DNA of 50,796 nt from Desulfobacteraceae bacterium. Lineage in GTDB: Bacteria; Desulfobacterota; DSM-4660; Desulfatiglandales; B25-G16. The stretch spans positions 1-50,796 of the forward strand of contig JAUWZV010000002.1 of the NCBI GenBank assembly GCA_030615105.1, written 5' to 3'. The stretch's first letter is position 1. Every line of letters starts with the position of its first letter. Positions 26,797 to 36,100 of the stretch are shown here, piece after piece. Both the position numbers and the translations under genes were made by a program. A model generated the notes under the pieces. The model saw only the letters and a list, made by a program, of their open reading frames with translations, ran no database searches and was not told the origin of the DNA.

Positions 26797-28374
26797 ATGA
26801 CTGATGCAAATAGAACCGCTAGCCCAAAAGCCTTGGCCTCCAGCCAGCGGCATGGCAATGACAAGCGGCCAAAGATTATGGAGATAGCTATAGGGGGTGG
26901 AATAGTCCTCACAGGTGAGACGCTGGGCAGGGCTATTGTCTACTTCTACACTTTCTTTTTGGCCAGAACCATTGGCGTAGAGGGTCTGGGTCTTTTTACC
27001 TTGGGCCTAGCTGTTGTCAGCATAGCCTTCTCTTTGGCCACGTTGGGGTTGACTCAAGCAATCGTACGTTTTGGCGCGATTTACGCCACAGACGGTGAGA
27101 AAGCCAGGCTAAATGATATTCTGGTTAAGTCTTTTAGTATATCGCTGGCCGCAGGAATTTCTGTGACCCTGGGTCTGTTAACTCTGGCTCCATGGCTTTC
27201 CAACAATATCTTTAATGCTCCCCATCTGACCCCTGTCTTGATTCTGTTGGGTCTAACAATTCCCTTTACGATAGCTAGGAGCATATTTCTAGCTACCACT
27301 CGAGCGTTCAAAATAGTTTGGATGTTCACTCTGGTCGAGAGGCTATTTTTGACGATTTGCACGCTGGTTCTGACCATCGCCTTGGTTGCCTTAAGTCTGG
27401 GGCTACGGGGGGTTTGCATTGCGCAAATTATTTCATCTGTTTTGGCTGCTTTTCTTTCCTATTACCTGCTGAGCCAAATATTGCCTGGCGTTTTCAAGAG
27501 GCGTGAACCGGGTGTTTCCACAGCGACCTTACTCAAATTCTCTTTACCGCTTTCGGTAGTAAGTCTGATCCATTTCACCTATGAGCGCACAGAAACGATT
27601 TTCCTCGGCTTTATGAGCAACGTAGCCAACGTCGGCATTTACAATATTGCCTTGCGAACGGCTAACTTTGAAATCATGTTTGTGCACTCACTCAGTGTTA
27701 TCTTTTCCCCATTTATTTCCGACCTTTATGAGCGGAAGGCGATGGCAGAGCTGGAGAGTCTTTATAAGACGACTGCTCAGTGGTCATTCACAGTAGGTCT
27801 GGCAATGTTTATGATCTTTGTGATATTCTCTGAGCCAATTCTGGGGCTATTTGGCAGCGAGTTCAAGAAGGGTACAACCGTGCTAGTGATATTGGGCGTT
27901 GGTCAATTGGTGAACGCCGGGGTGGGGCAGTCTGGATATTTGCTGGTGATGACGGGACATTCTGGCCTGGCCTTGATGAATACCATCGTGCTTCTAGCTT
28001 CCAGTGTAATCCTGGATGTGACACTTATCCCTAGATATGGTTTACTGGGAGCAGCCATTGCCGGTTCTCTGGCAATAATGATCTTCAGCGTGCTGCGTGC
28101 GGCGCAAGTTTACCATATCTTCAAGATGCATCCATTCAAGCGCGCTTTTTGGAAACCAGCAGTGGCCGGGATGGTAGCCATGTCGGCTACTTATACTCTT
28201 CGGCTCGTCTTTTTTGCAGGACGAGACACACTAGCTCTTTTTGTTCTGTCACCTATCTTTCTCTCACTCTTTATCTTGGTAATCTACAAGCTGGGGCTGG
28301 AAAGCGACGATAGAGTGGTGCTCTTGACCATATGGAACAAGATGAAAGGATTCCTTCCACTCCCCGTGAAGTGA
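26797..28374 (+). CDS. Polysaccharide flippase (Wzx-like, MOP superfamily)
   Basis: About 12-14 hydrophobic helices across 525 aa, the typical layout of a polysaccharide biosynthesis protein. An alternative start at the internal Met (MEIAIGG) is possible. Confidence 0.75.
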   Translation: MTDANRTASPKALASSQRHGNDKRPKIMEIAIGGGIVLTGETLGRAIVYFYTFFLARTIGVEGLGLFTLGLAVVSIAFSLATLGLTQAIVRFGAIYATDGEKARLNDILVKSFSISLAAGISVTLGLLTLAPWLSNNIFNAPHLTPVLILLGLTIPFTIARSIFLATTRAFKIVWMFTLVERLFLTICTLVLTIALVALSLGLRGVCIAQIISSVLAAFLSYYLLSQILPGVFKRREPGVSTATLLKFSLPLSVVSLIHFTYERTETIFLGFMSNVANVGIYNIALRTANFEIMFVHSLSVIFSPFISDLYERKAMAELESLYKTTAQWSFTVGLAMFMIFVIFSEPILGLFGSEFKKGTTVLVILGVGQLVNAGVGQSGYLLVMTGHSGLALMNTIVLLASSVILDVTLIPRYGLLGAAIAGSLAIMIFSVLRAAQVYHIFKMHPFKRAFWKPAVAGMVAMSATYTLRLVFFAGRDTLALFVLSPIFLSLFILVIYKLGLESDDRVVLLTIWNKMKGFLPLPVK

Positions 28375-28450
28375 CCTTATGATAGGCGGGATTAACCTGT
28401 GTGGAACACCTTAGTGGTCCAGCAAGGATGTTTGTAGGATATTGAGGATT

Positions 28451-29644
28451 ATGAAACCAATACTCATCTTTTTTTTCGACGCACTCAAGCCGGAAAGCTT
28501 GCAATACATGCCATTTCTTAGCTCCTTTGCCTACCAAAGACGAATGCGAGCAGAGTTGGGCCATTCGGTTACGTGTCACCCTTCCATGTACAGCGGCGTT
28601 CATCCCAACCAGCATCTGCAATGGTTCGTCTGGAGATATGACCCCGTTTACACGCCTTTCAAATGGGCGCGGGTGTTCCAATATCTGGGATTTATGGACA
28701 ACCTGCCCGCCCGCTACTTCCTGCATAAATGCACCCGCATGTTCCGCGAGGAGAATACCTCCTGGTTCGGCGTACCCCTCTTAGTCAACCTGCCACTTAA
28801 ATACTGGCCTTACTTCAACGTGGTAGAGGACCGAGCCTGGGATGAGCCTGGCTACCTTACGGAGTATCCTACTATCTTTGACATTCTGCGCCAACAAAAC
28901 ATAGATTTTGAAATCGTGGGCATGGTTAAGGGGGCTGGCGACGAGTTCGTACAGATCGGACAGCACGAGTTCAAGGAGATTCGTCCCTGGACTTATTTCT
29001 TTCTGGGCAGTGTAGACGCTTATTCCCATCGCTACGGTCAGGACGCACCCGAGACGGTTGAGAGACTGCGCAAGCTGGACCGATTAGTCGAAGTCAAATA
29101 CGAGACTTATTGCCTCCGCGTACCCGATTTCGACGTTTTCGTCTTTTCCGACCATGGTCATATCCGGGTCGAGAAGCGTGTGGACATCCATACCATTTTC
29201 CGGTGCCATGGTCATAACTTGCACAAGTTCATTAACCTGGTCGAGTCCAACTATGCTCGGTTCTGGTTCCGTAACGACGATGAGCGTGCTACCGTGGAGC
29301 GTATCCTGTCCACTATCAAGGAAGGCTTCGTTCTCACCGACGAGCACTTTCGTCGTTACCACTTGGAGATGCCCGACAACCGCTATGGTGATCTGATCTT
29401 CTATCTCGATGCACCCGCTATCTTTTCCAAGACCATCTGGGGCTTTAGTCGCAAGCAACGCTCCATGCATGGCTATCTACCCGACCATCCTGACTCTGAC
29501 GGTCTCTTCCTCAGCCAGCAACCTTTGATTGAAGGTACTCACGCGGAACTGGTGGATGTATTGCCAACTCTACTGGATTCACTGGGGTTACCTGTCCCAG
29601 ACTATGTGGATGGGCGTGTGCTGTGGCAACGAGCAAGGAGATAA
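28451..29644 (+). CDS. Alkaline-phosphatase-superfamily enzyme (type I phosphodiesterase/nucleotide pyrophosphatase-like)
   Basis: ILIFFFDALKPE (metal Asp region), GHSVTCHPSMYSGVHP (nucleophile Thr region, T.P.H.S..TG-like) and FVFSDHGH. The ATG is at 28451. The segment looks GC-richer than its neighbours. Confidence 0.55.
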   Translation: MKPILIFFFDALKPESLQYMPFLSSFAYQRRMRAELGHSVTCHPSMYSGVHPNQHLQWFVWRYDPVYTPFKWARVFQYLGFMDNLPARYFLHKCTRMFREENTSWFGVPLLVNLPLKYWPYFNVVEDRAWDEPGYLTEYPTIFDILRQQNIDFEIVGMVKGAGDEFVQIGQHEFKEIRPWTYFFLGSVDAYSHRYGQDAPETVERLRKLDRLVEVKYETYCLRVPDFDVFVFSDHGHIRVEKRVDIHTIFRCHGHNLHKFINLVESNYARFWFRNDDERATVERILSTIKEGFVLTDEHFRRYHLEMPDNRYGDLIFYLDAPAIFSKTIWGFSRKQRSMHGYLPDHPDSDGLFLSQQPLIEGTHAELVDVLPTLLDSLGLPVPDYVDGRVLWQRARR

Positions 29645-29645
29645 T

Positions 29646-30869
29646 ATGAGCAAGTACACAGTTCTAGACGATCGCGATCCCATCGTGTATCAGACCATAG
29701 AAGATCATATGCAGCAGATCGTCGCGGCGGTCCTATCTCGCATAAGGCCGCGGGCGATTATCCTGCGCGGCAGTTTTAGCCAGGGTGAGGGTAGCGTGGT
29801 TGTCGAAGGAAACCGCTTGCACTTCCTCAGCGATTATGAGTTGGTGGCGATCACGCCACATTACCGACATCGCCATTGGCTGCAAACGGTTGCCCGGCAA
29901 ATGACGGCCCAATTGGGAGTGAAAACCAGCATCTCCAGGATTCACCCGAACAATATCATGCGCAACAGCCTGGGCAATTTACCCATCAGGGACATCGCTC
30001 GGCCCACCATCGCTATGTACGAAGTACAAAACGGGGGACGCACACTTTATGGGGAGCACTTGTTGAACCGGGGGCCAGCCATTGATCCCCGTACCTTGGA
30101 TATTTGGGCCGGGATACGGTTGATGTTGAACCGCATGGCCGAGTCGCTAGACCATTTGCCACAGACAAGCACGGACTGGGAGGCACTACACTGGGCCAAC
30201 AAGACGGTGTTGTCCTGCGCCGAGGCTTTGCTTATTGTCCATGGGCAATACCATTTCTCCTATGCGGAACGGGGCCGTCGCTTCGCAGATCTGGTGCCTG
30301 ATCTGGATACAGTAGTGGCGCGGGCGAGCCATCTACCCGACCTGGTGCGCCGTGCGATTGCCTTCAAACTACGTCCCTCCCTCAATTTGTACCCTGAGCC
30401 AATGACAGTGATTTGGCAGCAGGTCAAGCAAGCCTGCGATGCCACATTAAGTTACGTGATCGAAAGGTATCTAGGCTTCTCATTTAGTAGCTATGCTGAG
30501 TTTCCCGAGCGCTACTTGAGCCAACTTAAAATACAAAACAAGATAGGAATGAGTAGGTTATGGCCGTTGCCTGCTCCGCTCTCCCAAAACTTATTTCTCA
30601 TCCTGAAATCTCTCCGCGCCCGGCGTTGCCCGGTATTAGGCCTCATCACTCACGCCACGTATCCGGCCTACCAAATAGTTTTCTCTGTCGTACCGCTAGT
30701 ATTCCTAGGAAGCGGTGAAGAGGTATTACGAGAGGCACATCGTTGGCTGGGGAAGGTAAGCCGCCTTGAGGCACCCCGGGTGGAACATCAAGCAGAGTGG
30801 GATTACCTACGAGGCTGTATTGTGCAGGCATGGAAGGATTTCTGTTATGGTATGTTTGGTGCAATATAG
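29646..30869 (+). CDS. Hypothetical protein, possible nucleotidyltransferase-fold N-terminus
   Basis: An RBS (aaggag) precedes the ATG at 29646, 1 nt after the upstream stop. ILRGSFSQGEGSVV...LSDYELVAI resembles the GS...D.E minimal NTase motif. I recognise nothing in the rest. Confidence 0.55.
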   Translation: MSKYTVLDDRDPIVYQTIEDHMQQIVAAVLSRIRPRAIILRGSFSQGEGSVVVEGNRLHFLSDYELVAITPHYRHRHWLQTVARQMTAQLGVKTSISRIHPNNIMRNSLGNLPIRDIARPTIAMYEVQNGGRTLYGEHLLNRGPAIDPRTLDIWAGIRLMLNRMAESLDHLPQTSTDWEALHWANKTVLSCAEALLIVHGQYHFSYAERGRRFADLVPDLDTVVARASHLPDLVRRAIAFKLRPSLNLYPEPMTVIWQQVKQACDATLSYVIERYLGFSFSSYAEFPERYLSQLKIQNKIGMSRLWPLPAPLSQNLFLILKSLRARRCPVLGLITHATYPAYQIVFSVVPLVFLGSGEEVLREAHRWLGKVSRLEAPRVEHQAEWDYLRGCIVQAWKDFCYGMFGAI

Positions 30870-30877
30870 GGGGCAAG

Positions 30878-31060
30878 GGCAGGAAGGTGGCCAATATACA
30901 ACTCATCAGCAATCTCGATGAGAGCTGCTTTCGTGAGTAGCGTATAATGATGTTGAACGCGGTTCGGCAGTGGATAGGGTTACTGGGCCAATTAGAGCCA
31001 CCGTCGTCGGAGCCACACGTTGAGTGGAACCATCTACGTCAGCAGCTGATCTGGAATTAG
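30878..31060 (+). pseudogene. Diverged duplicate of the 3' end of the preceding gene
   Basis: LNAVRQWIGLLGQLEPPSSEPHVEWNHLRQQLIWN-stop aligns with LREAHRWLGKVSRLEAPRVEHQAEWDYLRGCIVQAW of the 29646-30869 product (11 identities over about 35 positions by eye). An in-frame TAG lies at 30938-30940. Confidence 0.45.
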
Positions 31061-31328
31061 AAAGTTTTCTGTTATTGATAGTAAGTATCTTGGATTATGA
31101 GGTGCAGCTATGGGGCTAGCAGACAGACTAAGAGTTGAGACCTTTGAAAAACTCGTCAGATTTCCGATTTTATGATTTTGTCAATTTTTCAGAAAAGTCG
31201 AAGTGATAATTACAGTAAATTATACTTAATAATTTGACCAATGGTCTATGATAATGCTGCATATTAGCCCTGCAAAAGGCTCATTTTGAAGTGGTTTGCC
31301 CGAATATTGTTCTCCGGGCGCACCCATG

Positions 31329-31357
31329 CCCCGTAGATCCGGAAGGTCGTACTGGGG
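31329..31357 (+). repeat. 29-nt imperfect palindrome, copy 1
   Basis: ccccgtagatccggaaggtcgtactgggg, just past the transposase stop codon. Confidence 0.8.
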
Positions 31358-31418
31358 TCTCCACCCTATACGGTGGCAACCCTTAGTGTTTTTAAGCCTC
31401 TTGTAATATTGTAGGCTG

Positions 31419-31454
31419 CCCCGGTTAAATGGTTTTCAAATTTAACTGGGTAAA
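31419..31454. repeat. Minimal 36-bp copy of the TIR element (two ends separated by 9 nt)
   Basis: The sequence is ccccggttaaat-ggttttcaa-atttaactgggtaaa. It adds 12 in-frame codons (VYPVKFENHLT.) to the transposase C-terminus relative to the IS5 layout. Confidence 0.65.
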
Positions 31455-31604
31455 CTTGACGATACCAACAGTCGAATTTGTTTTTAGTGATGGTAGTAAA
31501 CCGGGCTCGTTTTGCTTTATCATGAAGATGACTGAGTCCGAAATATTGTTCTACAATATAACGTACCTTTGATATTTTTTTATTACGTTCTTTTTCATAG
31601 GAGG

Positions 31605-31732
31605 TTTACCCAGTTAAATTGCTGGAGAATATGAATAGAAAGCTTTTAACTGAAAAACAAATTATTATGAATAAATTAAGCATCTTGATTTCACACCCTC
31701 CAGCAGATGCGAAGCATATTTAACCGGGTAAA
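31605..31732. mobile_element. 128-bp non-coding (MITE-like) member of the TIR element family
   Basis: tttacccagttaaat (31605-31619) ... atttaaccgggtaaa (31718-31732). A second inverted pair lies just inside (ctggag / ctccag). It interrupts the transposase reading frame. Confidence 0.7.
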
Positions 31733-32093
31733 TTTAGCAGTAGTTGAATCTTTGCGCATTATGCCGTCAGCGATTTTATTTCCAGCCAGGAAGTCTCGAT
31801 TGGGTTTTCCGGCATATCCTTTATCAGCATATACTTTTTCGATTTTTTGTTTGGTATGACGGCTGTAAACAGTACAATACGGGAGATAGTTGGTATCGTT
31901 AACAGAAGAAGGGGTAATGGTTGTGGCCAGAATAAAGCCGTGATTGGTATCGACAGCCGCATGTTCTTTAAGTCCGTAATGGGGTTTATCTTTTTGTACA
32001 ACCCAATCCGAGTCCAGATCCCGAGAGAACTTTTTGGGTTTTCCGTTTTTATCCAGCTTGCCTTTGGGAGTATTCATTTTTTCTTTAAATTCT

Positions 32094-32378
32094 TTTACCC
32101 AGTTAAATTGCTTGAGAGTTGAATGTATTATACTTATGTTTTACAAAGTGAAAAAGACAGGAATTTTTATGTCGGTTTTACTAAGGATCTCAAGCAAAGA
32201 TTTGATCAGCATAATAAAGGCATTGTAGAATCTACAAAAGGCAGAAGGCCTTTCAAATTGATTTATTATGAGGCGTGCTTAAATAGGAATGATGCAACAA
32301 ATCGTGAGAAGTATTCTAAATCATATCATGGAAGAATGTTTGTAAAGAAAAGGCTCAAGTCTTATTTAACTGGGTAAA
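32094..32378 (+). mobile_element. 285-bp TIR-bounded element carrying a GIY-YIG nuclease gene
   Basis: The perfect 15-bp TIRs are tttacccagttaaat (32094-32108) and atttaactgggtaaa (32364-32378). The inner inverted pair is cttgag / ctcaag. The ORF stop codon lies inside the right TIR. The element replaces the missing part of the IS5 transposase gene. Confidence 0.7.
32123..32377 (+). CDS. Small stand-alone GIY-YIG (URI-domain, YhbQ-like) nuclease
   Basis: 84 aa: YYTYVLQSEKDRNFYVGFTKDLKQRFDQHNKG...PFKLIYYE...NREKYSK. This matches the Y.Y.L...YVG.T.DL..R...HN.G...P..L.Y.E...RE..K pattern. Confidence 0.8.
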   Translation: MYYTYVLQSEKDRNFYVGFTKDLKQRFDQHNKGIVESTKGRRPFKLIYYEACLNRNDATNREKYSKSYHGRMFVKKRLKSYLTG

Positions 32379-32414
32379 TCTGGTTTTCCAGTTCAGGATC
32401 GGAGTTGATACCTG

Positions 32415-32443
32415 CCCCGTAGGTCCGGAAGATCGTACTGGGG
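32415..32443 (+). repeat. 29-nt imperfect palindrome, copy 2 (same orientation)
   Basis: ccccgtaggtccggaagatcgtactgggg differs from copy 1 at 2 of 29 positions. Here it is flanked by ctg/cag, which extends the stem. It forms part of a 36-nt in-frame insertion (CPSTIFRTYGAG) in the transposase N-terminus. Confidence 0.8.
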
Positions 32444-32905
32444 CAGAACCACTTTTGCAGCAGCATGCATTTAAACAGCAGCATCGGGGGATATGCATCA
32501 GCGCCTTCGCCGCTGGTGCCCACGGTATAGTGACTTAATAAAATGGCTTCAATCCTTGACCATTCAATTGATTTATCCAATTTTTCCATTAGCTTAAGAC
32601 TTCGGTTGTGTTTTAAAGAAGAGGCAAGAGCAAGATCGGCGAATCCTAAGGAGCTGTCCATTTTTTTAAAATCCATATCATCCTCCAAGTGGTTGAATTA
32701 TGAGAATAACATGGCACAAAACGGTGGGTAAATCAAGTTAAATCAGCAGATTAAAGTTATTCTCATCGATATTTTTGGAGAAAATAATCAAAACAAACTG
32801 CACAGATTTTAAGAGAAATCATTAAACCGATGGATTTTAACGGGGTTGTGCAAAGGTCCCGTTGTTTCGCTTCCATATTTGGAAGTATAACACAGAGAAA
32901 TATAA

Positions 32906-33103
32906 AAAACGACTATAACTACTATTCCACCCTATTCACCTAAACTAAATCCGGTTGAAAGGGTGTGGAAGAATCTGAGATACTACGTGACTCATAATAC
33001 TTTCTTTGAAAATCTTGGAGCACTTGAAAATGCAATAATTGAATACTTAAGAAATCCCGCCAAACCTAACAGACGATTAAAATCATTATACTGCATTAAT
33101 TAA
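32906..33103 (+). pseudogene. C-terminal stump of an IS630-family transposase
   Basis: IPPYSPKLNPVERVWKNLRYYVTHNTFFENLGALENAIIEYL is the conserved LP.YSP.LNP.E..W..LK tail. No upstream transposase body is present. Confidence 0.7.
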
Positions 33104-33135
33104 TACTCTTACTATAGTCCGTTGGGCTTATTAAA

Positions 33136-36100
33136 TTACCTCACAACTATAAAGTTCTGTGGTGCATTTGGTGCATCGTCCGTGGGGGTAACTCCATATT
33201 CAAATGCGCCAATGTCGGGACCATTACCATTGTAGGTTTGTGTAGGATAAATAATTTCACCTTCGTCAATGGCCGGACTATTTTGGGTTAGAGTGAAATC
33301 CCAGGATGATGGGTTGGTAAATAAGGGATCGGCAAATAACGAACTGGAAGCGTGGGTGTAATTATCAAAGGCGGTATTAGTGCGTCCGAAATATAAATTG
33401 TTGCCTTTGGTGGTAAATTCGGTTTGAGAGGATCTAACATAGTAAGCTTTGGGTTTATAGGCGATGTTATTTTTAAAAACAGTGACGATTTGATTTGTAG
33501 CGGCTCCGGAAACCATAAAGCTATAAGAATTATTAAAACCAACTACGGTGTTGTTATAAATTTGTGCCTGGCGGACATTGTTATTATAATCATGAGTAAA
33601 AGCCTGGAAACCGTTGTCTGGCTTGTCCGGAGATACGGTATATTTGCCAGTATCAATAACTAAGTTGTAGCGGAAAATACTGTCGGTGTTTACTTTGATT
33701 CCATTAGTGCAGTCTTGGACTTTGTTGTTTTCAAAGATAATATTTGTAGGTGTAGAGTCGTTTAAATCTGACCAGTCTGCTGTGGCTAAACCAGATTTGC
33801 CGTGGGCATCATGAACAAAATTATTTTTTACCAGTATGTTGTAGCTGGCTATGCTGGTTTTCTCGGGGATATCTTCTTGAAGGACATGGATGCCATGACC
33901 ATCACCTTCCCAACAGGGATAGTCTTTTCTCATGTCATAAATTTCACTATCTAAAATTTGAATATTGTGGTTGCCTCCCTCAAGATCTATGCCATCTCCG
34001 CTTGGTTCTTTGATTTCTACATTTTGAATGAGAATGTGGTGACCACCAATGCCGACAGTAATGCCGTCAACATGGGTATAAGTACATGGGGAAGAGCTAC
34101 GATTTCCGGCATATCTGAGTTTTAAGCCGATTATTTGCCAATAAGAGTTATTATTTAGATCGATATTAGAGACGTTGGCAAGACCAATACCGTCGATCCA
34201 GACTGCTTCATTGGCTTTAGCTCTCAGGGTAATCCAATTATTGGCATTACCGCTTTTATTAATATTGACGGCTTCATTGTAAGTGCCAGAGTGGACTTCA
34301 ATAATATCTCCCGGCACAGCTGCGTTGATGGCCTGTTGTATAGTGGTATAGTTGCAACCACCGGTTTGGCATACTGTGATGGTGGGTGGTGGGTCGTCCG
34401 TAATGGTCACTGTAATTGTCAGTATGGCCGTGTCACGGTCACCATCGCTGTCACAGATTTCATAGGTGACTGTGTCCGTGCCGTTAAAGTTCGTGCTCGG
34501 AGTGTAATCGATGCTGTCGTTGGTGGGGTCATTCGGCGTGCCGCCGTTGTTGACAGCAGCGATGCCGTTACTGGGTCCAGTGGTAATCGTGATGTCATCT
34601 GCGGCCAGCTCGTCGCCCCCAAAGTCGTCATTGACGGTTACATTGATGTTGGTGGTGCCCGAGTCTTCCGCCACTGTTGTCGCATCGTTATGGGTGTTAG
34701 GCTCAGATCCCCCAAAATCAGACGGCAATGTACCACCGCCAAGCTCAAAAATTGTCTTGGTGAGGTCTGTTCCGCCTTTACCGTCCAAACCGCCTTTTGT
34801 ATCATAACCACTTTCCACCATTGCAGCTTTGATTCTATCATTCATCGGCCAGGGCCATAATGTTTCGTTTGTAAGTACTCCGTCAACATATCTATATTGA
34901 ATTTTAGCACCGACTGATTGACCGCTTACTTTTGGACGATTTTCTTCAGATAGACCATATTGAAGAATATTGCCGCACTTGCCAACCAAATCAGGATTAG
35001 TTCCAGTAGTATAATGAGAAGGAGCAGAACCTCCATAATCGTCACCAGCATTATTATAAAACATAATATAATCGAAGGTAGTTCCGTCATTTACTCCATT
35101 GTGTGAAGAAATAGAATCTGTCTGAATAATATATTTCATTAAACTACTGCCAACATTATCAATATAATTGGCATCATTCTCAATACCGTTACCACCACCG
35201 ACAAGTGTCACATATTCTGCTGTAAAAGTTTGATTTTTGATGGCAAAATTTGTCAGACCGAATGACACATCAGTATAGGACAAAAAATTCTTAATTTGGA
35301 TATTGGTATTTTTGAATGCGGCATCACTAAACTTCGCAACGACTCTTGGTTTCTGATAGTTAGCATTTTGACTGCTAAGGATATACGCGATATTTCCGAA
35401 AAATTTATAGCTTGTGCCTATCAAGTTTTCATCATCAGCATATACTCCTCCTAATACCATACCTTCTTGAGTTAAATCTGGGTAAGCGTCCCATGTAGAA
35501 ATGCAATTTTCAATTGTCTGATTAGTGCTATTATATGTCAAAGACATTCCAATACCAAAATTTGAAGTAAGCGTGTTTCTGTATGTCCAGCGTGCAAAAC
35601 ATCTCCTGAATGTAACCTCATCAGCATAATAGGATGAGAATGTTTTTCTCGCCTTGCCCCAACCCGCGCAGTCCTCAAATGAAACATTTGACGAATTATA
35701 CACAAAAAATATATTGCAGTTTAATGTCGCTGAAGCGTCCCATCCAATCACTCTCCTTATTATAATGTTTTCCGAATTATTTCGAATAATCATTACGTTT
35801 CCATCCCAATTATTTCCCGGATTAGTCATGTTAAAGCCTTCTAATACAAACCATTTATTGCTATTTAGAACAACCGGAGTGTTTGTACTTTGACCATCAA
35901 TTAGCACATCACCCTCATTCAGCGCCTTTATCTTTATCGGCTTGCCGTCTGTGCCGCTTTTCCCATCAGGTGGATCAATCATCGAGTCAGCTCCAGTGTA
36001 GGTACCATTTAACAGGTATAACGTATCTCCTCGAGAAGCAACACTCCAGAAATCACTTATTTGAAATGAACTTGTTGGCGAACTGCCATCTCCTCCACCA

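Larger units (their letters stand above)
31367..32688 (-). pseudogene. IS5-family DDE transposase gene, interrupted four times and missing about 70 codons
   Basis: The N-terminal piece (32688-32379) reads LGFADLAL...AYPPMLLFKCMLLQKWF..NSDPELENQ. The middle piece (32077-31733) reads DSDWVVQKDKPHYGLKEHAAVD...VYADKGYAG...GIMRKD. The C-terminal piece (31604-31367) reads YEKERNKKISKVRYIVEQYFG...KAKRARF...AAYNITRG. The order and motifs parallel E. coli IS5 InsH. The segment with the first catalytic Asp is absent. Confidence 0.8.
31278..32745 (-). mobile_element. Decayed IS5-family insertion sequence (approximate limits)
   Basis: It contains the three ordered pieces of one IS5-type transposase gene. 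Imperfect end similarity is seen between ggctcattttgaagtggtttgccc (31278-31301) and the reverse complement of gggtaaatcaagttaaatcagcag (about 32726-32749). The limits are uncertain. Confidence 0.6.

Noticed and set aside
31329-31357. Idea that the 29-nt hairpin is a group II intron domain V
   Set aside because: Its size and bulged-stem shape are superficially similar. However, the catalytic AGC triad is absent, the terminal loop is a 5-nt CGGAA and not a clean GNRA tetraloop, and no reverse transcriptase or other intron domain is nearby.
34291-34860. 189-aa plus-strand ORF and neighbours opposite the beta-helix gene
   Set aside because: It lies antisense to the Asp/Thr/Gly-rich cadherin-like segment, and such repeats commonly leave the opposite strand open. 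There is no start context or motif.
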